DNA from: Amoebophrya sp. A120
Taxonomy: Eukaryota > Protista > Dinoflagellata
Direction of reading: 5' to 3'
Assembly (NCBI GenBank): GCA_905178155.1
Contig: CAJINV010000003.1
Span: 878,517-942,516, forward strand
Length of the DNA stretch: 64,000 bases
The number at the start of each line of letters is the position of its first letter. Positions within the stretch are counted from its first letter, which is position 1. The position numbers were made by a program, and so were the translations under genes. The notes beneath the pieces were generated by a model. It ran no database searches. It saw nothing but the letters and a program-made list of their open reading frames with translations, and was not told the DNA's origin. Of this stretch, positions 24,501 to 34,915 are shown one piece after another.

Positions 24501-25554
24501 CCATCCAGGAGGACCAAATGCGTCGGCCGATTTTGACGTGAACCAACGAGACCCCAGTACGGGGCAAACCTTGCTGTTGAAGGCCGTGGACGCCGGGCAT
24601 TACAGCGCAGCGGAGCTGCTGCTGGTACGCGGAAAAGCGGACGCGGACTTGGCGGACAAGAGAAACCGCACACCATTGATTGCCGCGGTCACCATGTTCG
24701 ACAAGACCCAGAGACGCAAGTTTCTTGAATTGCTCTTACTCAAGGGCGGCGCGGTCGTTGTGCCGGGCGACCTGAAGTTGAACCGAGGAATAAGTCCAAA
24801 ACTGTCAACGTCCCGCAAGAACTTCGGTAGCAGCAGCGGAGCAGGAAGTCCGAAGAACAAGTCATTTCTCGAGAGGACTACGCCTATGCTACTGACCAGT
24901 CGAAACTACGAACCTCAAACTTCAACTTCGTCTCTCCTCGCAGGCGGCGCGAAAAACGCCTTCCTGCGTGGTCGCAGCAAGTCGAACAGGCAGGAGCAGT
25001 ACTTTTGGTACGAAGACGAAAGCGCAGGGCGCAGAAAGAAAACCGCTCTACTTCCAGAGGAAGATGTTGAAACGAGCAGCGCGTTTCTCCAGCGGGCAGT
25101 CACAAATCCTTTGCCGACAGTCACGCCGGCGGAAGGCGACGGGCAATTCGATACGACGACTACGAGAGATCACGAGGTTGTGGCTCCTGGTGGTCCTTCT
25201 GCTTCTCCTCCCACTTTGGGTCCTGGTGTTCTTTCCGCTGGCACCGCGGGAGTAACAGCTACAAGCAATAACGACGCCAGGCCCCCACAGGTCTTTCGTC
25301 TTGTCAAGACCGATGACTTGGAGGAAGGGACCGTTGGCCCTGCGCCCGACCTGCTTGTGGCTAATGCCGAACACAGGAAAGATCCAGTACGGGCGGGAAT
25401 GCTCAGTCCAAAGCAACGAACTGCCGGCTCGCCACGCAGTCCCGCGATAAAGACGGCGCTTTTTATTGCGATTGAACGGGAAGACGTCAGTTCTGCCCGA
25501 TTGCTAGAGCAATTTATGGAATCCGGCTGGGTCAGCAGTGACGAAGATTTTTGA
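21589..25554 (+). CDS. Large ankyrin-repeat protein (single exon, 1321 aa)
   Basis: Ankyrin repeats KTPLSLACEKGRPQVVRALL, GRTPLMQAAANGHEQVVRLLL, TALYSAAAAGHGVIVEIFL, GQTLLLKAVDAGHYSAAELLL, RTPLIAAV. Confidence 0.9.
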   Translation: MYPIIYDGLSADRIPLQIPHLRSSSTTNSASRRSSSTTSARTSSTASRARSTRSTRATSIADEEDEDVDARTTATSTKTGGDQRNCTSHGDEEDDPVDHNGRLGGENDNEPNTEIARDASASSNKPLPKWRLVDLFPQLPPPQRFLRFVDLEEGEVLTRIDVEKERDLDFSNPWELALMRPGVDAMGQHEKDEEILGGAAITTGGAPGGTTTTSGESAGAQQRPVYNSPRTHSIDSSTQASSAGARETNNYTGGSSVSTGRIKIDDLINADMNHENDRIPPNNTVDDPWGRAPAAHISSKTYSTRNRHAAFLKNNFGTARQVATYMTDLYAHFADILVHEGRVSGDYRNRILIDTFMDSVQSGKPFYNPDDDYFQQEVASGTADLFHDNSCAAVDNKVERAPTNYRDDRQHDVQRPGTSALPAPGATTDHNSELASLYTNRSESGAHLSEIGIDFSSSSLADLQDEKTRRASSTVDESSTSAVIRLAGQQEVVKMVSTSYDKNSRESLNSTNSSNSFSPRVRRSSGTNLERWRPTLAEYMYVANAAIAQLSQNPRQLAGFLGYAASMAPLGIFAETLQAVRHCCGIYEDNLLVPNGVYSLDSMTSTHQGVSLSREEELEELSSLHRQTSGSSFAEYRHTPTRSAQVGAAPMAMGGVGASSPHAARTSTWENGKLVELSTTSTTGHASTSVEHDFYQLQYLQFQKLENEVAQAMSNNSTNFKHDNLPPQIRIPPKEHMFMEQNSVLLEYRGSPAGLDDKQKMKLLSSILNQRAFCAKTPLSLACEKGRPQVVRALLAEPLLDVNCISGFGRTPLMQAAANGHEQVVRLLLQHPELHVARRSDTNTTALYSAAAAGHGVIVEIFLEYFKNLHAVAAKTLNHSTTGRGEVRGTGAAGNHDPQEQLHEVEDPSFSNDFSLSCHSLLSQMSQKFGRSAWLASYTGSVNVISVFLTHLQGIRGHRTSCTRHGAPTAHHPGGPNASADFDVNQRDPSTGQTLLLKAVDAGHYSAAELLLVRGKADADLADKRNRTPLIAAVTMFDKTQRRKFLELLLLKGGAVVVPGDLKLNRGISPKLSTSRKNFGSSSGAGSPKNKSFLERTTPMLLTSRNYEPQTSTSSLLAGGAKNAFLRGRSKSNRQEQYFWYEDESAGRRKKTALLPEEDVETSSAFLQRAVTNPLPTVTPAEGDGQFDTTTTRDHEVVAPGGPSASPPTLGPGVLSAGTAGVTATSNNDARPPQVFRLVKTDDLEEGTVGPAPDLLVANAEHRKDPVRAGMLSPKQRTAGSPRSPAIKTALFIAIEREDVSSARLLEQFMESGWVSSDEDF

Positions 25555-26452
25555 TCTTTTGGAGAACATGAGTACTCAAAAAAATATTTATTAAGAGTAC
25601 AGCCATAAGATAAGTACTTACATACTTACAACTTCCGATGGTTAAGCGTACCGAACGTGGAAGCAAAAAAAAGTTGCAAAAACTTTTTCTCCTGGTGGTG
25701 ATATCCAATGTCAATGTTTTCGGACGAATAAAGATATCTTTCTTCAACAACAAGTGATGCCGTTTCTGCATCAATCTGTTAAACTGACATACATACCCCA
25801 AACGTGTACATGTACTTGACTGGTCATATAAAACCCTACTCGAATCTTTTCTGATGCAGGTCTGAACCTGCTTGTGTATGAAGCGACATTCCCAACAAGG
25901 TATATATCAACGCGGCCGGTGTAGTCGTGATGCATGGTAGGCTCCACTCATATGGTGTTTTGTTCCGCACTCGCTACGAGCACCCGCTCTGTGTCGGAAT
26001 TGAGTTGCAGTTGCGGTATAGTTTGGTTTTTGGACACCAACATCTTCTACTTCATCTACTGTAGCGCCACCTTGCTAGCCATGGACATGGTCGGTTCTTG
26101 TTACCTCCAGTGCCTCACTTATTGCTAAACTCCTGTAGCGGGTGCTACAGGTGTTGGTTCATTATCGTGCTGCTCCGTGATGAGATTTCTATATGTGTTT
26201 TTTCTTTGTGCAAGAAATGTACAATTTGTACGTTTCTTCTTGTCATTGTAGTTGATGTAAGTCGTAAGGTCCGTTCGTTCGTACGGTCACGTTGTAATAA
26301 AGTTTTTACCGTAAAAACAAAGAGTCCGTGCATAGTGATAGACTGAATTTTCCGTTCATGGCCTGCTGTGATTCTTCCAGCCTCTTCTTTGTGACATCCT
26401 ACTTCACAAAATACCGTTGATAAATTCTCGCTGTTCTGGCGGCTTCGTTATC

Positions 26453-28294
26453 ATGCAGCGTAACCCCAACGTCGAGGACGATCAGTTGACGAGTAGCGGA
26501 GGCTACGGGTCGCCCGGTCAACATCTGGGATTTCACTCGCCCCACGAGGGAGCGTTGACACCCCAACTACAGTTCGATTACAATGGCGTTCCCGTCGTGG
26601 TCTCCGAGCAGCCGCCGCCCAGCATCCGCGACGACCTGGAACGGCACCGCATGGAGCTGCGGCGGAAGATGGATCACGAGCGCGCACAGGAAGAGCGCCT
26701 CAGCCAGGAGATCTACGCGGCAAGTAAGACTTTCAGTGGAGCATCAAGCTCCTCGTCCTCCTCAACCTACAACGGTGCGGGCCTTGGCCTTGGCGGCAGC
26801 GGAGTTCTTGTAGGTGGAGCCTCTGCAACAACGTCGACCAGTGGCCGGCGGAGCAAGCACAGTTCCAAACAGCACCGGTCCGCCAGCAGCAAAACCACCA
26901 CAGCCTCGCCCACCGGACCCCCGCCACGCAGCGTGAGCACGACGACGTGGCAGGAGGACCAGCAGCACCAAATGTTGGAGCTGACGACCCAGGTGATGCG
27001 CAAAACCCGGTCCGAGGGCTTCTCGAAGCATGAAGGAAGGAGTATTGTTCAGGCCGACGAGAACCACTTGATGTTTGGCAACGAAATCGAGAATCACTTG
27101 CAGCACTCGGTGCGGGAGCTTGTAGATGAGGAGGCGGAATTATCCAGTGCAAAAGTATCGTACTCAGCATTACAAATTCCAGTTCTCATGCTAAGGAAAT
27201 TTGTAATGCAATTCATACTAGGTAGTATGTACGATCACGATGCTTTTGCAATTCATACAGATTTTACCGCTACAACCAGAGGGAGCTCGAGCAAGCGGAA
27301 CGGCGGCAATTCGAGTACAACCACAGCCAGCACAGCTACCAGAAAGGCGGCAGCACTTCCTCATCTTCCGGACAACTTACCACCAGCAGTAGTAGGGGTG
27401 CAGCGGTGAATTCGCAGACCCCGGCGCCACAGCTGTGGGACCCGAGCTCCCCGGCTTTTTACGAGCAAAATGGGAACAAGAAGACCGTGTTTTCCTATCA
27501 CGGCATCCAGATCCAGGACCAGACCGAAGAGCACCGGGCGGGGAAGGAGAGCGAGCGTTCGGTGCTGCTAGTCGTGGTCGGTTTTCTCCTCGTGTCCCTC
27601 GCGATCGCCATCGTCGTGATGTGGTGTGACCTGGCCAGCGAGGAGACGAAAACGCTGCATCGGTACACGCACTGGTGCTCCGCGGGGCTCATCGACTATC
27701 TACCAGCCTACTACGCGAGCTACGCCGTCATGACGTTCACCGTTATCTTGGCGCTAAGCTCCCGGCATCCCACGCTCCGCAGGGCCGTGCAAGAATTCAT
27801 GGACGCGTGCAAGGCGAGGTAAGTACTTACTTGGATTCACTATAGGTTACTAGTCAACTTTTCTCACGCAAAAGCAAGTGCTCATCTGTGCAGTAGATGT
27901 AGCGATCTTCCTGCGTGGTTGCACATCACACACACACAGTTCCATGCCACATAAACATTTTTTTCATTTCCACGTAAGAACTAATTTTTGCATAAAGCGC
28001 AAGCATAAAGTGGTACACAAAAATGACACTGCGAGCGCTGCTTAAGATGCTTCTGCTCCTTGTCTTATCTCGAGGTGCCTGCCGCACCGCTACCGAGCTC
28101 TGGACGACGATGGTGCGAATGGCTACCCACCAATTACGCCATTCCCCACGGTCGCGTCACACAGGGAAACTCCGTTTTCTGCCCACGAGACCCCGCTGGG
28201 CGTATTCGAAGAGAAGAGGAAGAAAAAGAAAAAACACCACCGCGAAAAAAACAACTCCCATTCCGAAACACGCGAGAAGGAGCAGCTACACCAG
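26453..28294 (+). CDS. Hypothetical membrane protein (two predicted TM helices); 3' end uncertain
   Basis: Exon 26453-27140 joins 27263-27818 after removing the family A element; hydrophobic VLLVVVGFLLVSLAIAIVVMW and YYASYAVMTFTVILAL; GT-AG intron 27819-28074. Confidence 0.6.
27141..27257. mobile_element. Introner-like TIR element, family A (copy A3, internally deleted, inverted)
   Basis: TATCCAGTGCAAAAGTATCGT / ACGATGCTTTTGCAATTCATA; degenerate repeat GGAAT/CAGAT; removing 122 nt gives EAE-F-YRYNQRE..VNSQTP, joining ORF 27406. Confidence 0.85.
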
Positions 28295-28989
28295 GTACTG
28301 TGTCCTATTCTTACTGTTTTTCATGATGTTGAGATCAGTTGGCTTCTGCTTATCATCGTTCTTGCCTCCGTATGGAAGCAACTGTCCGAATGTTTGATCT
28401 TCATGTGCTGGAGGTGTAAGTGTACATCTACATCAATCAAAAAAGTGTATCTAAAAGAAAAACAATCGCCGGCACCACTGTTGAGAATATCTCCATCGTG
28501 CCTTAGACTTAGTCTTACACCTACTACTTACACAACACTTACTAGCCCTGAGTTTGTTTCTTCCAGCGAGATCATGCTCTGAAGCGTCTAATCGTCGACG
28601 TCATTTTTTTCGTAGAGCGGTTGCGGTAGTTCCAGAAAAGCTAGTATAACACCAGGAGCAGATTTGACGCACCGACTGCTTGATGCTCTCTTCCGGTTTT
28701 TTTTGTTGGTGTTGATGTCCCTCTTCCGCTTGAGAATATAACCACTGCGTCTCAATTTTTTGCCATCGCCCTCCGCAGCATGCTGATACTTCTGATTCAC
28801 GCTGCTTATAGTGCACTTCTAAAATCGCTTCTGGCAATGGGACCCACACCATCTACGACCCAGGTTTTTTTGGCCTTCAAGCTCCCGCACCGTCGGTCGT
28901 TGTACTTAGAAAAACAATGATAAAACTAAAACCGCCATGCGAGCGTTTAGCGTGACACAGGCAAATATAAAACATTTGCCCCCAAAACA

Positions 28990-31900
28990 ATGTCCTTGGA
29001 AACTAGCAGAACTATGGCGACGCACACAAATGCAGCAGACGGCCCGGGCCCCCCTGTCGTCCCTCTCAGCGCGTCCCGAAAGCTATTGGGGTTTCTGAAT
29101 CGTATCGTTCCCTGTTCAACCAAATGCTGTCCCCCTCCTGAACAGTCTTCGCGTAGCGAGCTAAACACTCGTCGCACACTCCACCTAGTCAGTGCGGAAG
29201 ACTACAACCGACGGCATTCCCTGTTTGGGCCCGGATGCAGTCGCGCCGTGTCCTTTTTCGACGCCAATGACGGTGGATTGAACGTCGAGGAACAGACCGA
29301 GCTGCTGCTCGATTCCGCGATGTCAGTGGTTGTCGGAAATTTGGATTTGGGTCTATTGCCAGAAGATGACAACTCTCCCGGAAGGCAGAGCAGCAAAAGT
29401 CGCACCCTGGCTCGGTCCCGTCTGCGGCAATCCCTTTTCGGAGGCGACCTCTTCTTCGAGGATCTGGATCGCGCGCGACGAACAGGAACAGCCCGGAGAT
29501 CGACGGAATTTTCTGACTTTCCAGAAATTAATACCACTGCCGCGGACCAAACGATAGAAAACGACGACGACGGTGATGATCCAGAGCAGCAGCTTTTGAA
29601 CGCAGCCGCAGTCCGGGCGCTGCAACAGCAACAAGGTGGAAGCCGGGGTGACTCACAGAGCAGTGCGCTTTCGGGAGAAGATGGTCATCGGTTTCTGACC
29701 CCATACGGATCATACCACCCTTCGTACGCGAGTAGTCTGGCACACCTTGCGGCCGAGGAGAAGCACGGACAGCTAGAAGGACGTCAGCAAGGGGATCAAG
29801 TTTTGTTGAGCCACGTCAACTCCAGCACCTCGCTTGTACTGACCGACGAACATCAAAATGGTGACCCGTTGCCGCCTAGCGTCATGAGTTTCTATCCCCC
29901 GACTACAACGTGGCATTACCACGAGAATGCGGGCTGCACCGATGGCGAAGACCTCGAGCGCTTCTTGTCGCCGTTGCCGGAACCCACCAAGCCGACGCGA
30001 AAGCAAAAGCCAAAGAGCAAGGAAGCGTCAGAGCGGACCAGTAAAGGTCGCGCAGCACACCGTGCAAACGCAAAGAGAAGCAAACAGGAAACCAGAGGGG
30101 AGCAGAGCAGCAGTGGGATCATAACATCAACCACGACTGTGGCATCGGCGCATACAAGTAGCAGTCATGGGACCACAGCCAGTAGTAACAGCATCGAGTA
30201 CGTCGAGCACGACACAACTGATACTAGCGGCCTTGTCCATGGTGGAAGCACTACAGACCAACAACAACACCCTCCTGTAAAAATAACCTACCCTGTGACA
30301 GTTGTGCCTAGTCGTGAACGCACCAGCTCCTGCCGCAAACCGCAAATCATTGCTCACATCCATTCCCATTCCTATGTCTCTCACACACTAGCATTCTGTC
30401 CTCTTGTTGATCTCAGTAGCGCGCTATCTATTAGACTCAGTCGCACCAAAACGACAACGTCATCAACGAGTCGTGGCTAAATATATTGGCACGTAGCGAC
30501 GCTAGCGCCGAAGGTCAGGGTGAATGAAAAAGGACACGGGTCGAGGACGAACGCGTCTTTGGTCCTTACACCTCCAGATAAACCGTGCGTGAAGTGAAAG
30601 AGAAAGATGTTCTCTTTCTTTGAAATGCACACAATCCGATGCCAAACGAAATATCGAAAAAACAGATACGGCAAAAGACAGCGGACATCCACGGGCTGAT
30701 GGCGTCGAAGATTGGGCGAAGTCCACTCGAGGAGCCTGATGCGGCCGCGCTGGAAGAAGCAGCGGCAAAAATGACAAGAGCCTTGTCCGGGAGCTCGCCG
30801 CCTGGCGTTGACGTGGCCAAGAACAACAGCGCTACAAAGGGAACCACCACTTCCACGGACGGCCAAGCGTCGCAAAAGCGCAGCGGTAGGAGGACCAGCA
30901 GGACGAACGACCCAACTCAGCGGGCTTTGAAGAAGGAACATCGCAAAATGAAGATGCAAGCACAGCAGCAGCAGCAGCTCCACCAACAGCAGCAGAGCGG
31001 GACGGCCAGCGGATTTGCGACGCCAGGGGCGGGACCAGCCACTGCGGGGCTGGATCTCTCGCTGCAACACGCGAGTCCAGTGTACAGCGAAAACGCCTGG
31101 GCCAGTTGCATGGGATCATCAAGTAGCAGCTCCTCCTCCTCGAGCGAGTCCGAGTCCTCGGAGTCGGAAGAGGACGGTGGTATGAGCTGCAAAAGTATCG
31201 TACTAGTATGAATTGCATTACAAATTGGCTTAGCATTTACAAATTAAATTTGTAATGCGGATTCGCCGTAAGAAAAAGATTTGTCATGCGTAAAAGCAAT
31301 TAGTACGAGCACGATACTTTTGCACAGGATTGTTGGAGGAGACATCCAATTTCGCAACTTTCGGGGACTGCGCCCAGAAGTTCGCGAACAAGTCTTCCGC
31401 GAATTGAATGAAGGTACCAGCTTCACGTTTACGTTTTTCTCACGACTCGATACTAGATTTTGATTTCATCAATCTTCGATGGCCGCTGTTAAGGACTCGC
31501 ATCTTCGGGCTTGTTCTGTTTGTAGTATTCGGCTTCTACTCAAGCGCAAGAACTCGAAGGCGAACCAGTTGACCGAAATTTTTCAAAGCCAAGGTGCCGA
31601 CTACTTCTTTGATGCGATTTTCAAAAATCTAAAACAGAGCAAATCCTGATAATTCGGGCACTCATCGAGGATTTGAGCCGCGGCGTGATCCAGCGGATAC
31701 ACCCTCAAATGACGCCAGACAAGGTGGCGTCCTTCTGCCGCTTTTTCGGTGGTGCCGAGTGCGGTTGCATGCGGTTCCTCAAGGTTACCGGCTGGGACCG
31801 GCGCAAGGCCATGGAACGGATTACTAAGGCAACGTTGTGGCGCCACCACGAATATGGATTGCAAACATGTCTGGGTCTGGAAACATGGGACTTGTAATGC

Positions 31901-33805
31901 TAGTCCCACACTTCTGTAAAATCTGTATTGCATGATTAACAAAAAAGACGCCCTCTTTGGTCATACAAAAGCGCAGTTTCTCATGCGGAGTGAGCATGAG
32001 AGAGCGTTCTGCAAACTTGTCATGCACATGCTTGGCTGCATTGGGTAATACTTCAGCTATCCACAGTTCAGCATCACAAGTTTCCTGACCCAGACATATT
32101 TGCACAGGATAACGAAATGCCGAGACTCCGCCAAACGTGCCGGGATGTGCTGGATGAGTTCAACGCCGTTCCGAAAGAAGCCGTGTTTCCTTGTACAGTT
32201 TTTTGTTTTCATCTTTTGGTGTAGTCTGTGTCAGCGTGGTCAACACAGCTGTTACTCCACCTTCATAAGGAAATTTATTTTTATGTGCGGAAAAGATCTA
32301 GCTTTCATGCTGCTCAAGAACACTGGTGGCCCTTCTTCTGATGTATTCTGAGACCTAGTATTTGCAGTTGCACTGACTTGCTGCCCAAGAACGGCCGCAT
32401 AATTGTTCTACTAGGTGTCGGCAGCTACTACACAGACCGCGCGTATCAGGCGTACGACGGGTCTCCCGTGGAGTTCTGGCGGCTGTCCAAGATCAACTTT
32501 ACGAAGCTGTTTGCGAAGTACACGGAGGACGAGTGCGAGCTCGCGTACGTAAACTACGTCCTGCGGAAGGAGGAGACCTGCCGTCGGTGCCTATGCATTG
32601 CAAAAGTATCGTACTACGTGGTAATTGCATTACAAATTCGCTTAGCATTACAAATGAAATTTGTAATGTGGTTTTACCTTAGAAAGGAGATTAGTCATGC
32701 ATAACAGTAATTACTACGAGAACGATACTTTTCCAGAGCATAGTGCCGCGCGCAGGGCATTTTCGCGGTGATTGACTGCAAAAACGCGAGCGTGAGCAGC
32801 ATGGTGTGGCAGGTCCCGAAGCTGAAGATCATGATCCGGTTATCCTGAGTAAAACCGTACCCACACCAGAGTTGTAATGCAGATTTGCAAAGACAGGAAG
32901 ACCTGTAACGCACATCCCCATGAGAGCCATTTCCTATCGTGTCTCGGAATTTGTGATGCTGTGTACAGGATGAGCAGATGAATCTGTGATGCGGCTGCAC
33001 TTGCTAACCTGCACTACACTGCAGAGTGCAGCTTGTCATGCGTGACTCACAAAACTCCTCGGTTTGTGTTGCAAAATCCCCATCCTGACTCTGGTGTGGG
33101 TACGTTTTTACTCAGGATACCGGTTCATGGGTAAATACGGTGAGCAGTTTTTTCCGGATTCCATCTCCCGCGCGCTCGTGTACAATGCGCTATCGCAACA
33201 AAAAATTGTTACAGTTACACATTGTGTTGCAGGCCAAGCAAGACAGACAAGCTCTGCCATGCCGGATGTGCATAGGGGCCTCGTTTCATAGGTGTTTTCC
33301 CGTAGGATCTCTGCATTACAAGTTTCCTCACTCATGCAGAGAAATTTGTGTTGCTGAATTCGCTACAAATGTGTAACTGTAACACTTTTTTCGTGGGATA
33401 TGCGCCGAAGGGCGCCGACTACTTCTGGAAGCTGTTCTCCTCCGTGTTAAGCGCCGCGACGATATGACCGTGCACAACTTGCCCTGCTGCTCTCCCTCAT
33501 TTGAAGGGCAGGAAAAGCAACACAAGCAACAGTAGAAATAGAAAAGGGGCTCTCGCATGACAAATCTGCGCGCGGCTTGTAGTACTGTTGGATGAGGAGG
33601 TTCCGAAATTTGTCATGCAAGTAGTACTTACGAGCAAGGTGCGAGTTTGGTATTTTGCATTACAAATGAGCAGGGGGAGGGGGGTTGTGCACTCTCATAG
33701 ACGAGGGAAAAAGTGCAGATTGTCTCGACCGATGGCCGGGAGGAAATCTCGAAACTCATGGACCTCCGGATCGTCTCCCAACTGGAGCAGCTGCTGCCGG
33801 AGTGA
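28990..33805 (+). CDS. CRAL-TRIO/Sec14-like lipid-binding protein, paralogue 1 (six TIR-element introns plus canonical introns)
   Basis: Reconstructed FCRFFGGAECGCMRFLK..WRHHE-MPRL..FPCVGS..AYDGSPVEFWRL..KEETCRRC-RAQGIFAVID..FFPDSISRALVYNA-PKGADYFWKLFSSVLSAAT-REKVQIV, stop 33803-05; collinear with intronless paralogue 34916. Junctions at 31414-31670 unresolved; link to exon 28990-30276 via GT-AG 30277-30665 inferred. Confidence 0.8.
31181..31331. mobile_element. Introner-like TIR element, family A (copy A4)
   Basis: TATGAGCTGCAAAAGTATCGT / ACGATACTTTTGCACAGGATT; repeat GGTGG/GTTGG; removing 156 nt gives EEDG-G-GDIQFRNF. Confidence 0.88.
31853..32111. mobile_element. Introner-like TIR element, family C (copy C2)
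   Basis: TATGGATTGCAAACATGTCTGGGTCTGGAAAC / GTTTCCTGACCCAGACATATTTGCACAGGATA; direct repeat ACGAA; 264 nt removal restores frame. Confidence 0.92.
32592..32742. mobile_element. Introner-like TIR element, family A (copy A5)
   Basis: TATGCATTGCAAAAGTATCGT / ACGATACTTTTCCAGAGCATA; direct repeat GTGCC; 156 nt removal restores frame. Confidence 0.92.
32841..33119. mobile_element. Introner-like TIR element, family D
   Basis: 32-bp TIR with one mismatch TATCCTGAGTAAAA(C/A)CGTACCCACACCAGAGT; direct repeat CCGGT; 284 nt removal gives IMIR-F-MGKYGE. Confidence 0.95.
33191..33400. mobile_element. Introner-like TIR element, family E (copy E1)
   Basis: TATCGCAACAAAAAATTGTTACAGTTACACATT / AATGTGTAACTGTAACACTTTTTTCGTGGGATA; direct repeat TGCGC; 215 nt removal restores the conserved YNAP motif. 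Confidence 0.93.
33463..33699. mobile_element. Introner-like TIR element, family F
   Basis: TATGACCGTGCACAAC / GTTGTGCACTCTCATA; direct repeat GACGA; 242 nt removal gives SAAT-R-EKVQIV. Confidence 0.9.
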
Positions 33806-34915
33806 AGAAAGCAAAGCGAGTCGCTTCGACCCTGTGCTCTGTCTTTACGACCCAGCGACGTGGACTATGCCCAGCTTCTTCCGCTAGGCAAATGATGATG
33901 TTGAAAGAACAGCTCCTGCGCAAGAGTAGGTGAACGAACACCTCCCAGGGCCGACTCGTCTTCGTCACCGCTGTGCTTTGACATTCCCGCTGGTTGTGCA
34001 GTGAGTGCTGACCGTAGAGGACATGTAGTTGTCCTTCACTTGCCTTCACCAGCAAGAATGTCAAAGTCACAGCCTCTGGTGGTATTGTTCCTACATAATC
34101 ATCTTCATGCGACCTTTTCCTAGAACGACCTAACACGAGCAAAACCAGCGCTACTAACTTTCTTGTAAGTACATAAAAGATAAACGAGCAAGAACGCTAA
34201 CGCATGGGAACAAATGGAGACTCAAGTAGGAGTTTGCAAGATCGGTTTTGATGTTCAGCCACTACCGGAAGGAAACATCGGTTCGTGGTCGTCCTCTTAT
34301 TTCGCCAATAAAAAACAGAACTCGGTAAATTCATCACTCTCGTTCGGAAACAGAGGCTTTTGCTGAGTGTACACAAAGTTGACACGGACTCGTGACGACA
34401 TGATCACGTGTCCAATATCAATCTCATCGGTATCTAAACGAAACAGGTCGGTCGCCTTCGTGAATGCTGCTCCTGACCAACCGTATCAGTTGTGGGTCCT
34501 GATCTATTTGTCCACAACGCGTCGTGGTACATAGTCCCTGTTTCTCTGCGTAGAAACGAGCCAATTCGACGTGCTCCCAGCTGTAAGTATCTTATCAACA
34601 AACCAGAACCTCCTCCCAAACCAGATCGACAAAACCCAATCCCCGACTACTTAGATAAAGATGTTGTCTTCTAAAAGTGGTAGATTTATTCGCTGTGACC
34701 TCTCGTAAGCAAGGAAGCACGACATGTTAGAGTTAGATGAAGACAAAATCAGAACTGCTAACTAACGCCAAATCATTTTGTGTTTACCCTCTCTAGTTCG
34801 TTTTCTGTGCTTCTCCGCTATTAACACGAGCAGTGACCTAAACGTAAGCGGCGCCTATTACATAATATTTTCCCCCCTATTTCAACACGCGTAAAAATTA
34901 TTCTGGCATCGAAAG

